This document shows positions 22,943 to 36,465 of a stretch of DNA of 64,000 nt, one piece after another. How positions within the stretch are numbered: position 1 is the stretch's first letter; every line of letters starts with the position of its first letter. This DNA comes from Felis catus (lineage: Eukaryota): positions 88,290,001 to 88,354,000 of the forward strand of contig NC_058368.1 in assembly GCF_018350175.1 (NCBI RefSeq). The letters are read 5' to 3'. Made by a program: the position numbers and the translations under genes. The notes beneath the pieces were generated by a model, which had not been told where the DNA came from, did no database searches, and worked only from the letters and a program-made list of their open reading frames with translations.

Positions 22943-25114
22943 TTTTGTTGTCCCCTTTTAAGCTAGGAAGGACATCAGTGCTGCCATTCTGAGACATCTG
23001 TGGCCTCATGTTAAAAGGTTTGTTCTCGGTTTCCTGTTCTCGTTTTAAGCTGCATGTCTCCAGTCTCACATGTCTCCCGGGGCTATTAGTATGGACTCCA
23101 TTCGCTTGTGCAAAGGAACGACAGAGTCCTGGTGGCACAAGGCCACATTCAGAAACTCTCGTCTGGGGTTTTTCATTTTCATAAGCTTTTAAGGAGCTTG
23201 TCAATATCTCGGAGGTAATCACCATTCAGTAAAGACTGTTCTCTGGCATCTGATCCCTGGAAATATTGCATCCCTTGCATTGTATTTCAGGACTGCTGCC
23301 CTTCAAGGCTCTCCAGATCAGCACCCATCCTGCAGAGGGTATGACGCCCTGTACTCTGCCTCCATTCCTTCCCAGACCCCCAGGCTGGAGCCCCTCACCC
23401 TGCACTTTCCATGCAGTTGGCAGAAGGCAAAGAGAATTTGGAGGAGAAAGCCACCCAACTTGAAAAGGCAAGAGCCTTTCAGGGAAGGATGCGGAAGTGG
23501 CCTGGGAGGGAGGTCTTGAGGAAGGGGATGAGCCTTTCACCTCATGGTGAAAGGAAGAGCATGGTCGCCAGCTGTGGGATGTGCCCACAGAGCCGAGGCC
23601 TGAATTCCTGTTGGGTTGGCTGCAAGAAGTGGGTGGGCGATGGCTCCCGAGAAGCATACTGACCCATTCTGTGTGGCTGGCAACACCAGTGAAACATTCT
23701 GACACAGCACGTTTTCATTTATCCTGGAGCAAATCAGGCCAGATCATCATTCCAACTTCTAGCAATTTTCTGTAAGTATAGCACTCTGGCAAGAAATAAG
23801 GAGTTTGCTCTGAGCTGGGAAAGAGTTGGGCTTGCCTGTCTCCTGCAGACACAACTCGCCCCCCACGTGTGTGTGGGGTGGCTACGCTAGACCAACCAAG
23901 GTCTGGGTCCGGCCAACCCTGCAGGTGTGGCAAGAAGCTCTGCTTGCCGTTCTCAGGCCCTCTGCCCCAGGATACACAGAATGCTCACAGTCCAGAGGCC
24001 CCTCTGCTGCAGAGGTCACCAACACTGCCCTGCAGAGGCAGAAGCTCCAAATGACAAAGGACAGCTGATAAGAGAGGACACATAGGATCCCACTTGCCCA
24101 CAGCCTAGCAGGCCAGGGGTGCCTATGGCCACATTCCCTCTTCTTTACACCTTTCTTCTCTAACAAACTTGTGGCCATGGGATGGTCTCAGTAGCTGGGG
24201 GGTGGGGCTGCCTTTTCTGCCTGCCCTTCTCTGCTCCAGGTGAGTCTCTGCAGGTGTGTCCTCATCATCCAGGGCAGAGTGTGGAATGTTCCATGCCTGC
24301 AATTTCCTGTTGGAGAAAGCAGCCCCTTAGAAACTCAAGGATTTCAGAGCCATTAACTTCCACCTCTCATTTCTGCCACAACACCCACACTCAGGGTGGC
24401 ACTGGTCCACAAGAAGGCTTTGTTCTGCCATCTTGGCACATGGCATGTCATCTTTCACTCTTCCAGGGGAGGACTATAAAATATGCTTTAGTGAGCACCA
24501 CGACACATGCACTTCAGTCTCCTATAGAAACTCTGACTTTAAGCCTGGTGGAAGAAGGGCTTAGGGCTATTGGCTACAAGAATAGCTCTCTTCTTTCATC
24601 AAGACCCAAGGAAACTATGGGGTTTGAACAATGAGCCAGGAAAATGCATTATGGACAAGATGTAAAGCATGCTTTGGGAGCATGTAGTCTAGACCAGGGC
24701 TTCATCATGTACACCCTATTCATGGAGACACCCAAGAAGCTGAACTTCTCACTTCTGCATATGAGGGACCAGCATGCATGGAGCTGGTCAAGGTTGAGAT
24801 AGACAGGAAACAGTGCTCACCCAGAGAGCTAGAAACACATATTAATAGAACAGTGTTAATAAGAACGATGAAGCCACCTTTTCTAGTTCTGATTGTACAG
24901 TGATGCTCCTAGGCTCTTCCCAGTGTCATTGAGAATGGTGATAGCACCTATCCTAGTCCTGATTGTATAGTGAGGGTCCCTAGGTTGTCTTCATTTATGG
25001 TGATGTTTTCTGTAGCTTTGTTGTCAGGTTTTTTTTTTTTTTTTAGCATATATTCTTCAAGTCAGGGATTTTTTGTCTTCTTTTAACCTTGGTAAGGTTT
25101 TTAGCCCTGTATTT

Positions 25115-25318
25115 TTTGTTATTTTTTAAATGTTTCTTTATTTTTGAGAGACACAGACAGAACATGAGTGGGGGAGGGGCAGAGAGAGAGGGAGACACAG
25201 AATCTGAAGCAGGCTCCATGCTCTGAGCTGTCAGCACAGAGCCCGATGTAGGGCTCAAATCCATGAACCACAAGATTGTGATCTAAGCCAAGGTTGGACT
25301 GAGCCACCTAGGTGCCCC
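25115..25318 (-). mobile_element. CanSINE
   Basis: SINEC structure. Confidence 0.9.
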
Positions 25319-25875
25319 TTAATCATGTATTTTTAATGGTCATTATTAAATTCCTTCATGCTCTATTAAAATGAGCTTGTATTTTTATTATATTAATGTA
25401 AATTATATATAAACTATATATTCATTAATATTGCCTTATTACATCCCTACAATTATGAAACTGAGAAAATCAAATACAAAAGAGTGGAAGAGTGGAAATG
25501 AGTATGTAATAAAAATGACCTGTCTGTCTATGTGAATAATTTAGAAGAATTTACAAATTATTCTAGTAGTAGAATTCAGCAAGTTTCCTAGAATGAAGAT
25601 AAAATATAAACAATCATATGTGTATACATAAGCAACAAAATCTGAGATATGCACTTCAAGATACATGACATTTACTATACAACAAAATGTTTAAGTATTT
25701 AGGATTACCTAAGGATCAGAAAAATTATAAAAGTTTATTGAGATGTTAGAGACAAATGAATGGTGAGATATCCAATGTTCATGGATATAAAGGCTTAATG
25801 TCGTAAATGTACCTGTCTCTAAATCAATCTATAGGCCAATGAGAATCCGGTAAAAATATGATATACCACTTGAGT

Positions 25876-26300
25876 GGTATGGCAGACAGAGTAATGGTTC
25901 CCCAAAGCTGTCCACATCCTAATCCCCATGTCCTGTGAAAATGTACCCCTCCTGGTAAAAGGGACTTTGCAGGTGTGATTAAGGTAAGCATTAGAGATGA
26001 GAAGATTTTCCTATATTATCCAGATTGGCCCAGTGTGAAAACCCATGGGTCCTTATACAAGATAGGCAGGAGGGTTCATGTTAAGAGAAAGCAAAGTAAC
26101 CACAGAAGTAGAGATTGAGTGATGTCGTCACAAGCCGGGGTATCTGGCAGCGTCTAGAAGTTGGAGTCAGCAAGGAATTGGTTCTTTTCCACAAGGAACC
26201 AGCCCTGCAGATGCAATTGTTGATTGTAGCCCCATCAGACTCAGTTCAGACCCTTGACCTTCAGAACTATGAAAGAATATGTGTTGTTTTAAGCCCCACC
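25876..26300 (+). mobile_element. MaLR (MLT1D-like) LTR
   Basis: ggcagacagagtaatggttccccaaag...gggactttgcaggtgtgattaagg...gaccttcagaactat..tgtgttgttttaagcc. Confidence 0.8.
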
Positions 26301-28506
26301 CCCCAAACACACACATCTGAGATAGTTTTTAAATGTACAGAAAAGACTGGTTTTAAAAGTTATAATTCATGTGGAAGGGTAATAGATAAATTTTCCTTTT
26401 AAATACCAAATCTTACTATGACACCCTAGTAGTTAAAACACACTGGTGCCTATGCAGGCACAGAAGCTGGTTTGAATTGGACAACCGATAGTGGAATCAA
26501 GTGCAAGATTAGATCCTTCCATGTGTGGAAGTTTGACACATAACTCAGGTGGTGTTGGAGGCCAATGGGAGAGGAGGAGATATTCGGCAAATGTTCTTGG
26601 TAAAGTAGCTACTACATGGGAGAAAATAACTAAGAACGTGACCTCACACTATACAAAAATAAACGAAGAGAACACTTTAAAATGTTTAGTTTAATATATG
26701 GACAAGTTTCCAATAATGGCAAACAGTTTAATAGGGGCTTTCCCATGAAGACAACACATAGGCGTCATCTTTACAGAGGCAGGAAACATCTAAATCATCT
26801 AAATCGTGGTAATGAATCACCAAACCCGGGGGAGCAAGGAGGTGGAGAGGTGAGTCAAGCAGTCAAGGCTGCTCCTGCTTTTTCAGAAATGGCAGCTTTG
26901 TGGCTGTATTACTTTTGGCAGTCTTTGGGGTTAGGGAAACAACAGTAGGAGGCCATGGTTCGCCAGGGGTGTGGACCATGGTAAACCACACCTGCCCTGG
27001 ACTGCAGACAAGATGGGATGCCCCCTAGGAGGGAGCGGGCAGTGAGCCAGCTCTCCCATGGACTGCAGTCCAGCCTTGAATCTCACGGAAGCTCAGAAAA
27101 TCTCAAACCCAAGCTTGGTGTAAGGGAGCTCCAGATGGCCCTGGAGAAGCAAGCAGAAATCCTCTTAGGATAGTGGTCACATCACCCTGGGCCTGGGATT
27201 ATTCTGAAAAATGACATTTAAATATCTGTTCAGCACACAAACAAAGGTGACCAGAAACATGAGATAATTTGCCATGACAGAACTGGTGGAAAAACAGACA
27301 TGAAGAAACCCAGATACTTGAGTTATAAGCCAGAAACTGTAAAACAAATGTGCTTACTATGTTCAAGGAGATAAAACCAGGCCTGTAAACTTCTGAAACA
27401 ACTGGAAACTATAAATTTGACACAGGAGATTTGAAAAGGAACCAAACAGGACTTCCAGAAATGAAAAATACAAAAATCAAGTTCAGAACTCATTGAATGA
27501 CATTTATAATTACCTTGACTCAGGTGAAGAGAGACTCTGTGGGCCAGAATATGAGTCAGAAGAAATTACCCAGAATGGGAAGGTAAAAGGGAAATTCAAA
27601 AAAGAAGCATGAATATGCTTTCATGCTATTTATGTGTATATTTTTTAAAAGAAAAAGTGCTGTTTTGTTTTCATTTGGGTTTGAATAAAATAATGAGAAA
27701 CATTTCTGCTTTTGGCCAATATAGAGTAACAGAGACCAAATTTACCTTTCATCTGAAACCACCATGAAGTGGTTTATCTATCCTAAAAGGATAGATATAG
27801 GAAACCTGTTTTCAGTACTTGGCTATCAACTAGTGCATAATTGTAATCCCTGAGAGGCAGGAAATAAATGGAAGTAGCTTTAGCATTGTCTCAGCTTCTG
27901 GGACACAGCACAGGAGGAAGGATCCTGGATGGGGCCTGGAAAAGCACTTGCCTGAGTCATGGGACACCAAGGTGGCTCAGCCTGTCCACACAGAGAACCA
28001 GAGGTGTGAGGGCTGCACAGAGGTGAACCTGGGGGATTGAAGAAGACTCCCTCTTGGTGTTCTGCTGAGCACAGATCAGCACAAACACATGTAAAAACTG
28101 TCTGAAGTGAGCAAAGGATCTCCCAGAAGAATGAGAGGGAACAGTACCCAGTACTTATACAGGACTGGGAATAGTGGTCCCACCAGCCAGCCATGAAGAA
28201 GTCATAATTCATGGAGCACTGGATAGAGTGCTCATCAAGTTCTCACTGCAGAAGTGTGGAATAATTAGCCCCAGACTGAGCCCGCACAGACCCACCTAAC
28301 AATCCCAAAAGCAAGACCTAAAAGGCCTGTCTATTCAAGTAACTTCAATGCATCCCGGGTCAGAGCTCAGCAAGATGTGTAGAAATACAAAAACATCCTG
28401 CACCAACAGGGTAAAACTCAATGTCTGGCATCCACTCATAGTTCACTGGGCATGCAAAGAAGTGAGAAAACACAACTACAATGAGGAGAATTAAAAAAAC
28501 AAAACA

Positions 28507-28717
28507 TGGGTGCCTGGGTGGCTCAGTAAGTTGAGCTTCTGACTTCAGCTCAGGTCATGATCTCATGGTTTATGGGTTTGAGCCCCACGTCAGGCTCTGT
28601 GCTGACAGCTCAGAGCCTGGAGTCTGCTTCAGATTCTGTGTCTCCCTCTCTATCTGCCTCTCCCTGGCTTACACTCTCTCCCTCCCTCTCAAAAACAAAT
28701 AAACATTAAAAAAAAAA
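28507..28717 (+). mobile_element. CanSINE
   Basis: SINEC structure. Confidence 0.9.
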
Positions 28718-28719
28718 CC

Positions 28720-31055
28720 CAGAAACTAACAATAATTGTCAAGGATGTGGAGATTGGAACCCTCATGCACTGTCAGTTGGGGTGTAAAATGGTGCACCCA
28801 TTGTGGAAGACAGTACAGCCATTTTCAAAAAAAAAATTACACATAGGATTACCACATGGCCCAGCAATTCCACTGGCACATACCCCAAAGAATTGAAAGC
28901 AGGATTTTGAAGAGATATTTGTGCATCCATATTCATAGCAGCATTATTCACAGTAGATAAAACATGGAAACAAGCCATGTGTCCATCAGTGGATGCATGG
29001 ACTACCAAAGCATGTTCTATACATACAATGGAATATTGTTCTTCCTTAAAATAGAATGGAATATTAGTTTGCCTTAAAAAGGAAGGAAAGATATAAATGG
29101 CGCTGAAACAGGACCTGAAGCCCAAATTCCAGGAGGGTGAGCGAGTGCTGTGCTTTCATGGGCCTCTTCTCTATGAAGCAAAGTGTGTAAAGGTTGCCAT
29201 AAAGGACAAACAAGTGAAATACTTTATATATTACAGTGGTTGGAATAAAAATTGGGACGAATGGGTTCCAGAAAGCAGAGTACTCAAGTACGTGGACACC
29301 AATCTGCAGAAACAGTGAGAACTTCAAAAAGACAATTAGGGGCAGTATGCAGAGGGGAAGATGAGAGGCGCTGCCCCAGGGAAGAAGACCGCCTGCCTGC
29401 AGCAGAAAAGTGTTGAAGTGAAAACCAAAAAGAACAAACAGAAAACACCTGGAAATGGAGATGGTGGCAGTACCAGCGAGACACCTCAGCCTCCTCGCAA
29501 GAAAAGGGCCCGAGTGGATCCTACCGTTGAGAATGAGGAAACATTCATGAACAGAGTTGAAGTGAACCTAAAGATTCCTGAAGAATTAAAACCGTGGCTT
29601 GTTGATGATTGGGACTTAATTACCCGGCAAAAACAGCTGTTTTATCTTCCTGCCAAGAAGAACATGGATTCCATTCTAGAGGATTATGCAAATTACAAGA
29701 AATCTCGAGGAAACACAGATAATGAGTACGCTGTGAATGAGGTGGTGGCCGGCATAAAGGAGTACTTCAATGTGATGCTGGGGACTCAGCTGCTCTACAA
29801 ATTTGAGAAGCCGCAGTACGCGGAGATTCTCGCAGACCACCCGGACGCGCCCATGTCCCAGGTGTACGGGGCGCCGCATCTACTGAGATTGTTTGTACGA
29901 ATTGGAGCCATGTTGGCCTATACTCCTCTGGACGAGAAGAGTCTTGCATTGTTGCTGAATTATCTTCATGACTTCCTAAAATACCTGGCAAAGAATTCTG
30001 CAACCTTGTTTAGTGCCAGCGATTATGAAGTCGCCCCGCCTGAGTACCATCGGAAAGCTGTGTGAGGCGAGGCACTGATGCTGTTTGGATTTCTGTAAAC
30101 ACATTTTTGTTTAGTCCTCCTCTTGTACAAATGATGTACTTTGCAAATGTTAGTGTATAACAGAATTGATGTTTGTTTTCTGTTTGATCTTAAACAGAGA
30201 AAATAAAAAGGGTTATAGTTCCTTTTTTCTTTTCTTTTTTTTCATTTCAAAGTCGCTACCAGTGTATTCAGTGATGGACGACGAGAGACATACTGTAGAG
30301 TGTTTTATTGCCTAGTCGACCAAGCTCCTTTTGAATGCTGGTGGTTCTATCCCTTTGACACTCCGCACTTTTATAATATGTGTTAATGCTGTATGACAAA
30401 CTGCTCTGATTCCTAGTGCCAAAGGTTCGATTCAGTGTATATATCTGAACATGCTCATCCGTCTGTGCTCCTATTTTTATGGTGCTTAAAGTAAAGAGCC
30501 CATCCTACAGGCCGTCCATGCTGTTCCTTAGGCATCGTCCCTTTGCTCTGATTGTTGAAGAATGTTGGCTTGTTTCATGGTTTTGTAGTTGTGTCTAATG
30601 CACGTGTTAACATGATAGATGCAATGCGTTGTGTAGCTACAGTTTTCTGGAAAAGTCAATCTTTTAGGAATTGTTTTCCAGATCTTCAATAAATTTTTTC
30701 TTTAAATTTCAAAAAAAAATAAATAAAAAGGAAGGAAATTCTGACACAAGGTACAACCTGGATGAATCTTGAGGACATTGTGCTATGTGAAATAAGCCAG
30801 TCAAAAAAAGACAAACACTGTAGGATTCCACTTACATGAGGTCCCTAGAGTAGTCAAAATAGGCACAGAAAGTACAGTAGTGGTTGCCAAGGGCAAAGTA
30901 GGTATTATTTAATGAATACAGTCTTAATTTTGCAAGATGACAAGGGTTCTTGGTGGTAATGGTTACACAATAATGGGAATATAAGGAATGCCATTGAACT
31001 GTACACTTTAAAATGGTTAGGATGGTATATGTGTATTTTACCACAGTAAAATAAT
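28720..31055 (+). mobile_element. Old L1 (L1MB-like) 3' end, split by the MORF4L1 retrocopy
   Basis: Consensus-like ggaatatt..gccttaaaaaggaaggaaa|ttctgacaca..ggatgaatcttgaggacatt is continuous across the insertion. Confidence 0.8.
29090..30724 (+). pseudogene. MORF4L1: MORF4L1 (MRG15) processed retrocopy
   Basis: Intronless CDS 29097-30065 (MALKQDLKPKFQEGERVLCFHGPLLYEAK...PPEYHRKAV); in-frame TGA at 29316 and TAG at 29337; 3'UTR, AATAAA at about 30688, poly(A) from 30711; TSD AAAAAGGAAGGAAA at 29076-29089 and 30725-30738. Confidence 0.97.
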
Positions 31056-31099
31056 TAGGATCAGCCCACGAAGTCTGTCCTTGGACCCACCACTACAGC

Positions 31100-32511
31100 A
31101 GTGAACGCAGACAGGTAAACAAAGCCTCACACTAAAGGCCCTTAGTCATACATCATGTCAGCTTTGACAACAGTTACAAGGCATACTTAAGGACCAAACA
31201 CAGTTTGAAGACACAGAGCAGCACCAGAACCAGACCCGGGTGTGGCAAAGATGTTGGAATTACTGGACAGGTAACATAAACTATGACTCATATGCTAAGG
31301 GCTCTGATGGATACAGTAGACAGCATGAGGAGCAGATGGGCCATGTGAGGAGAGAGATAGAAGTGCTAAGGGGAGTGGGGTTAAAGGGAAATGTTAGAAA
31401 TCAAAACACTGTCACAGAAATGAAGACCCCCTTTGCTGAACTCATCAGCAAAGTGGACATGGCTAAGGGGACAGTCATGAATCCTGAAGATATGTCCAAA
31501 CCCTGACAGATAAAGAGAAAAAAAGTGAAAAAATAACACAATGCCCCAGAATGGTGGGACAATCACAAGAAGTGTCACATACACATAGTGGGAATATCAG
31601 AAGGAGAGGAAAAAGAGAAAGGAATAGAAGAAATATTTGAAGCCATAAGGAGTAATGACTAATGACTAATGGTAGACACCAAACCACAGATCCAGGAACC
31701 TTAGAGAACATCATCAAATAAGATATATGGAGAGACATATCATATTCAGTGCAGCAAAAAATTAGAGGAAATCTTGAAAGACATCAGAGGAAAAATCCTT
31801 GCCTATAGAGGAGCAATGTCATCAGACTTCTCCTCATAAAGCATGAGTTCAAGAAGAGACTGCAATGAGGTTTTTTAAATGTTTTAAGTGGGGTGCCTGG
31901 GTGGTTCAGTTGGTTAAGCGTGCAACTTCAGTTCAGGTCATTATCTGTTTCATAAGTTTGAGCCCCAAGTCAGGCTCTGTGCACTGACTGGCGAGGCCTG
32001 CTTGGGATTCTCTCTCTCTCCTTCTCTCTCTGCCCCCCCTCTCTGTCAAAATAAATAAATGTTTTACAAAATGAAATAAAATCTTAAAAAAAAGAATTAA
32101 AGACTGCTTCAGTCAAAAACAATATATTTTAAACAGTATTCACAATAGCCAACAATGATAGCCAGAAAGCAGTGAATAACATACTCAAAGTGCTGGGGGT
32201 GGGGGAAGGAAATACCAACCAAGAATTTTATATCCAGCAAAATTATCTTTAAAAAAAAAATGAAAGCATAATAAAAACATTACCGTATAAACAAGAGCTG
32301 AGAGAATCTGGTGCTAGCAAATCTTCTTCCTAAGTTTTATTTAGGAAAATTCTTTGGGTTGAAAGCAAGGACAATGGATGGTAATTAGGATGCACATGAA
32401 CAAATGAAGTTCTCTGGGACTGGTACTTATGCAGATCATTGTAAGAGACTGCATAATGTATATACCCTCTCTTTCATCCCCTTAACTTGTTTAAAAAGCT
32501 GTTGCATAAGG

Positions 32512-32549
<38 letters not shown>

Positions 32550-35540
32550 CAAGTATACAAATGTATACAATCATACACACACACACACATGTATTTGGGT
32601 ATGTGTATACAAATAAACATAATATTTCTGATGATAATAGCACAGAAGCCATGGGTGGGTAAAGAAATCACATAGGAAGATGTGCACACTGAGGTAACTA
32701 AATGCTATTGTACGGTTGTACAGTGGCTACTGCTGAGGAAACAGCAGCATGGAGGGGAATTTCCAAAATCATCACTCCCTAGTGTCTTTTTGTTCAACAG
32801 GTCTTTCCTCTGCTTATGTTTCCTCTTTCATTTTCCCCATAAGGGCAAGAAGAAACCCAGCATCCCCTTGAAACAAACTTTGCCAAGCCTTATTCCACTA
32901 CACGAGGAGACTCCTCCCCCCACATCCCAATAGCACTGCACTTATAGCATCCCCAGCATCCATATTCCCACTGTCACCCCCATCAACCCTGTCTAGGCTT
33001 TTCCTATCATGTCCCTAGAGTCCTTCCAGCCACCACCCTCTCTGCCTGATTCCAAAGCCACCGCACACTTAAGTATATGGTAAGGCAACAGCTCACACTT
33101 AATACCAAAATCCATATTCGTTTCCTATTGGTGCATAACAAATGATCAGAAACCTATCATTTTACCTAAAAACACATATTTATCATCTCACAGATCTGTT
33201 GGTCAGAATTCTAGAATGATATGGCTAGATTGTCTGCTCAGGGCATCACAAGGACTTTAAAACAAAATACATTACTAGAGGTAAAAAAAAAAAAGACATT
33301 TAAAAAGTGTAAAAGGATCAATTCATCATGAATTGTGTCGTGTATCATGAAGATGCAATAATTATAAAGACAGAAACATCTAACAACAGAGTCCCCAAAT
33401 TCATGCTGCCAGAACTGACAGGATTGAATGGAGAAACAGACATTAAACAATAACAAGCTGAATATGTTAACAACTCACTTTCAGTAGTGGATAAAAAGCT
33501 AAGCTGAAGATCACCAATGATGAGCAAGCCTGGAACAACACCAGACCTCAAGAACCGTAGAACGCCTAACCAGGCAACAGCACACACATTCTCCAGAACT
33601 CATGGAATAGTCTCCAGAATAGACCATTTGCTAGATCAAAAAATAAACCTCAAATAAATTTAAGGGACTGAAATTTAAGGGACATACAAATTATGTCCTC
33701 TCACCAAAATGGAATGAAATCTGAAAAGAATAATAGAATAAAATCTGGGAAATTCACAAATATGAGTAAATTAAACAACATACTCCTCAGTAACCAGTGG
33801 GTCAAAGACAGTATCACAGGATAAGTTAGAAAATACTTGGAAATAGATTAAAATGAAAGCACAAGAGCAAGCGAGAGAGGCGAGAGAGGGGAGAGAGATC
33901 CCCCCATCACATATAAAAACATAAGACATGTATGGGGCACCTGGGGGCTCAGTTGGTTAGGCGTCCGACATCAGCTCAGGTCATGATCACATAGTCTGTG
34001 ATTTCGAGCCCCTCATTGGGCTCTGTGCTGACAGCTCAGAGATTGGAGCCTGCTTCAGAATCTGTGTCTCCCTTTCTCTCTCCCCTCCCCTGGTTGTGCT
34101 CTGTTTCTCTCTCTCTCTCAAAAATAAACATTAAAAAAAAACATAAGAGATCTAGCTCAAGCAGGTCTTAAAATTATGTATAGCTTTAAATTCCTGCATG
34201 AAAAACAAGAGAGTTCTCAAATGAATACCTAACCTTCCACCTTAAGTAACAGAAAGAAGCAAAAACTAAACCCAAAGCAAACAAAAGGAAGGGGGTAATA
34301 GAGATGAGAGTGGATCAATGGCATACAAAATAAAATAGAGAAAACCGAAGTTCTTTGACAAGATCAACAGAACTGATAAACCTTTAGCTAGACAATGAAA
34401 AAAAGAAATGCTCACATTAATAAAGTTAGTGATAATTACAAAAAAAAAAGTTAGTGAAGGAATATTTTTAACAACTGTTTGCCAACTACTGAGAAATTTA
34501 TATGAAATGGGCAGGTTCTTAGAAAGGCACCAGCTATCTAAACTGACCTCAGTAGAAATAAAATGTCTGAATAGACCTATTCTAAGAGACTGAGTTAGAA
34601 CTTTTAAGATGTGCCAGAAAGAAAAACCCCAGACCAGAGGCTTTCAAGGGTAAATTCTACCAAATACTTAAAGAAGAAGTAATACTCATTCACAAGCTCA
34701 TCCAAAGAGAAATAAGCAAGGGAAGGGAGAAATAGAAGGGAAGGGAGCCCTTCTCAGTTCAGTCCTGAAGGCTAGTATTTCCCAGACCCAACAAAGACAC
34801 CACAAGAACAGAAAACTGCAAACCACTATCTATTATGATGCAGAAACAAAAGTCCTCAATAAAATACTATCCAACTGAATCCAGTAACAAATTAAAAGCA
34901 TTATACACCATGACCAAGTGGTATTTGTGCTAGGGATGTAAGGTTGGATTAACATGCAAAAACAATGTGATAAACTCTATTAATAGACTAAGGACAAAAT
35001 CCACATGCTCATCTCAATAGATGCAAAAAAAAAAAAAAAAACCACCTGACAAAAATCAATACCATTTCATGATAAAATGATCAACAGACTTGGAGTATCA
35101 GGGACTTCATGGACTTGATAAAGAGCATCTACAAAACTCCCACAGCTAACATCATACTTAACGGTGAAAGACTGGGTGTGTTTTCCATAAGATGAGGAAC
35201 AAGACAAGGATGTCTGACCTCACCACTTCCATTCTAGTCAACATTGTTCTGGAGGCTCCAGCCAGAGAAATTAGATAAGAAATGAAAAGAAGGCATCCAG
35301 ATTGGAAAGTAAGAAGTCAAATTATCTCTATCTGCAGATGACATGATCTTGTGTATAGGAACTCCACTAAAAATGGTTAGAATTTATAATAGTTGCAGGA
35401 TACAACATCAATATGCAGAAATGAATCAATTTCTGTACACTAGCAATGAACAATTTGAAAATGAAATTAACAAAACAGTTCCATTTCAATAATATCAAAA
35501 AGAATAAGATACTTAGGAATACATTAAACAAAAGACGTGG
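31100..35540 (+). mobile_element. Old L1 ORF1/ORF2 remnant containing CanSINEs at 31889-32075 and 33934-34141
   Basis: A-rich degenerate L1 (catgaccaagtgg, aacaagacaaggatg, tctgcagatgacatgat = FADDM-like motif). Confidence 0.75.
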
Positions 35541-35544
35541 AAAC

Positions 35545-36200
35545 TTTTTTAAACTTATTTTTAAATCTAAATTGTAGTTATTTAACTTAAGTGCAATATT
35601 GGTTTCAGGGGTAGAACTCAGTGATCCATCACTTACATACAATACCCAATGCCTATCACAGCCTCCTCCTTAATGCCCATCACCCATCTAGCCCATCTCC
35701 CACCCACCTCACTCCATCAACCATCAGTTTGTTCTCTATAGTTAAGAGTCTCTTGTGGTTTGTTTCCCTCTCCTCTCTCCTTTCCTTCCCCTATGTTCAT
35801 CTGTTTTGTTTCTTAAATTCCACATATGAGTGAAATCATATGGTATTTGTCTTTGTCTAATCGACTTATTTCGTTTAGCATAATACATTCTGGCTCCATT
35901 CACATCATTACAAATGGCAAGATTTTATTCTTTTCCATCGCCAAGTAGTATTATACCAAATCTTTTTTTCAAGTTTATTTATTTATTTTGAGAAAGAGAT
36001 TATAAGCAGGGGAGGGGCAGGAAGAGAGGGAGAGAGAGAATCCCAAACATGCTCCTTGCTGTCAGCACAGAGCTCAACATGGGGCTTGATCCCATGAACC
36101 ATAAGATCATGACCTGAGCTGAAACCAAGACTCAGACGCTTAACTGATTGAACCACCCAGGCACCCCCACATCTTCTTTATCCATTCATTAGTCATTGGA
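35545..36200 (-). mobile_element. Carnivore L1 3' end with a CanSINE (35963-36167) inserted
   Basis: Similar to the L1 3'UTR at 8340-8740; SINEC structure inside. Confidence 0.85.
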
Positions 36201-36204
36201 CAGT

Positions 36205-36465
36205 GACTAATTGAGACCTAGGGACAAGGACATCTAGGACTAACTTGGGGGACAGGGACGTGTGGGACAGACCTGGAGCACAGGGACATCCAGGACAGAC
36301 CTAGGGGACAAGGAAATCTAGGAGATACCTGGGGACAGAGACATCTAGGACAGACCTAGGGACCTGACATATAGGACAGACCTGGAGACAGGAACATACA
36401 GGACAGACCTGGGGGACAGGGACATCTGGGTGAGACCTGGGGGACGGGGCATCCAGGACAGGTCT
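36205..36465. repeat. About 29-bp minisatellite
   Basis: Repeated ggggacagggacatctaggacagacct variants, about 8 units. Confidence 0.85.

Noticed and set aside
29097..30065. Functional MORF4L1 parent gene
   Set aside because: Intronless, two premature stops, poly(A) and TSD; it is a retrocopy.
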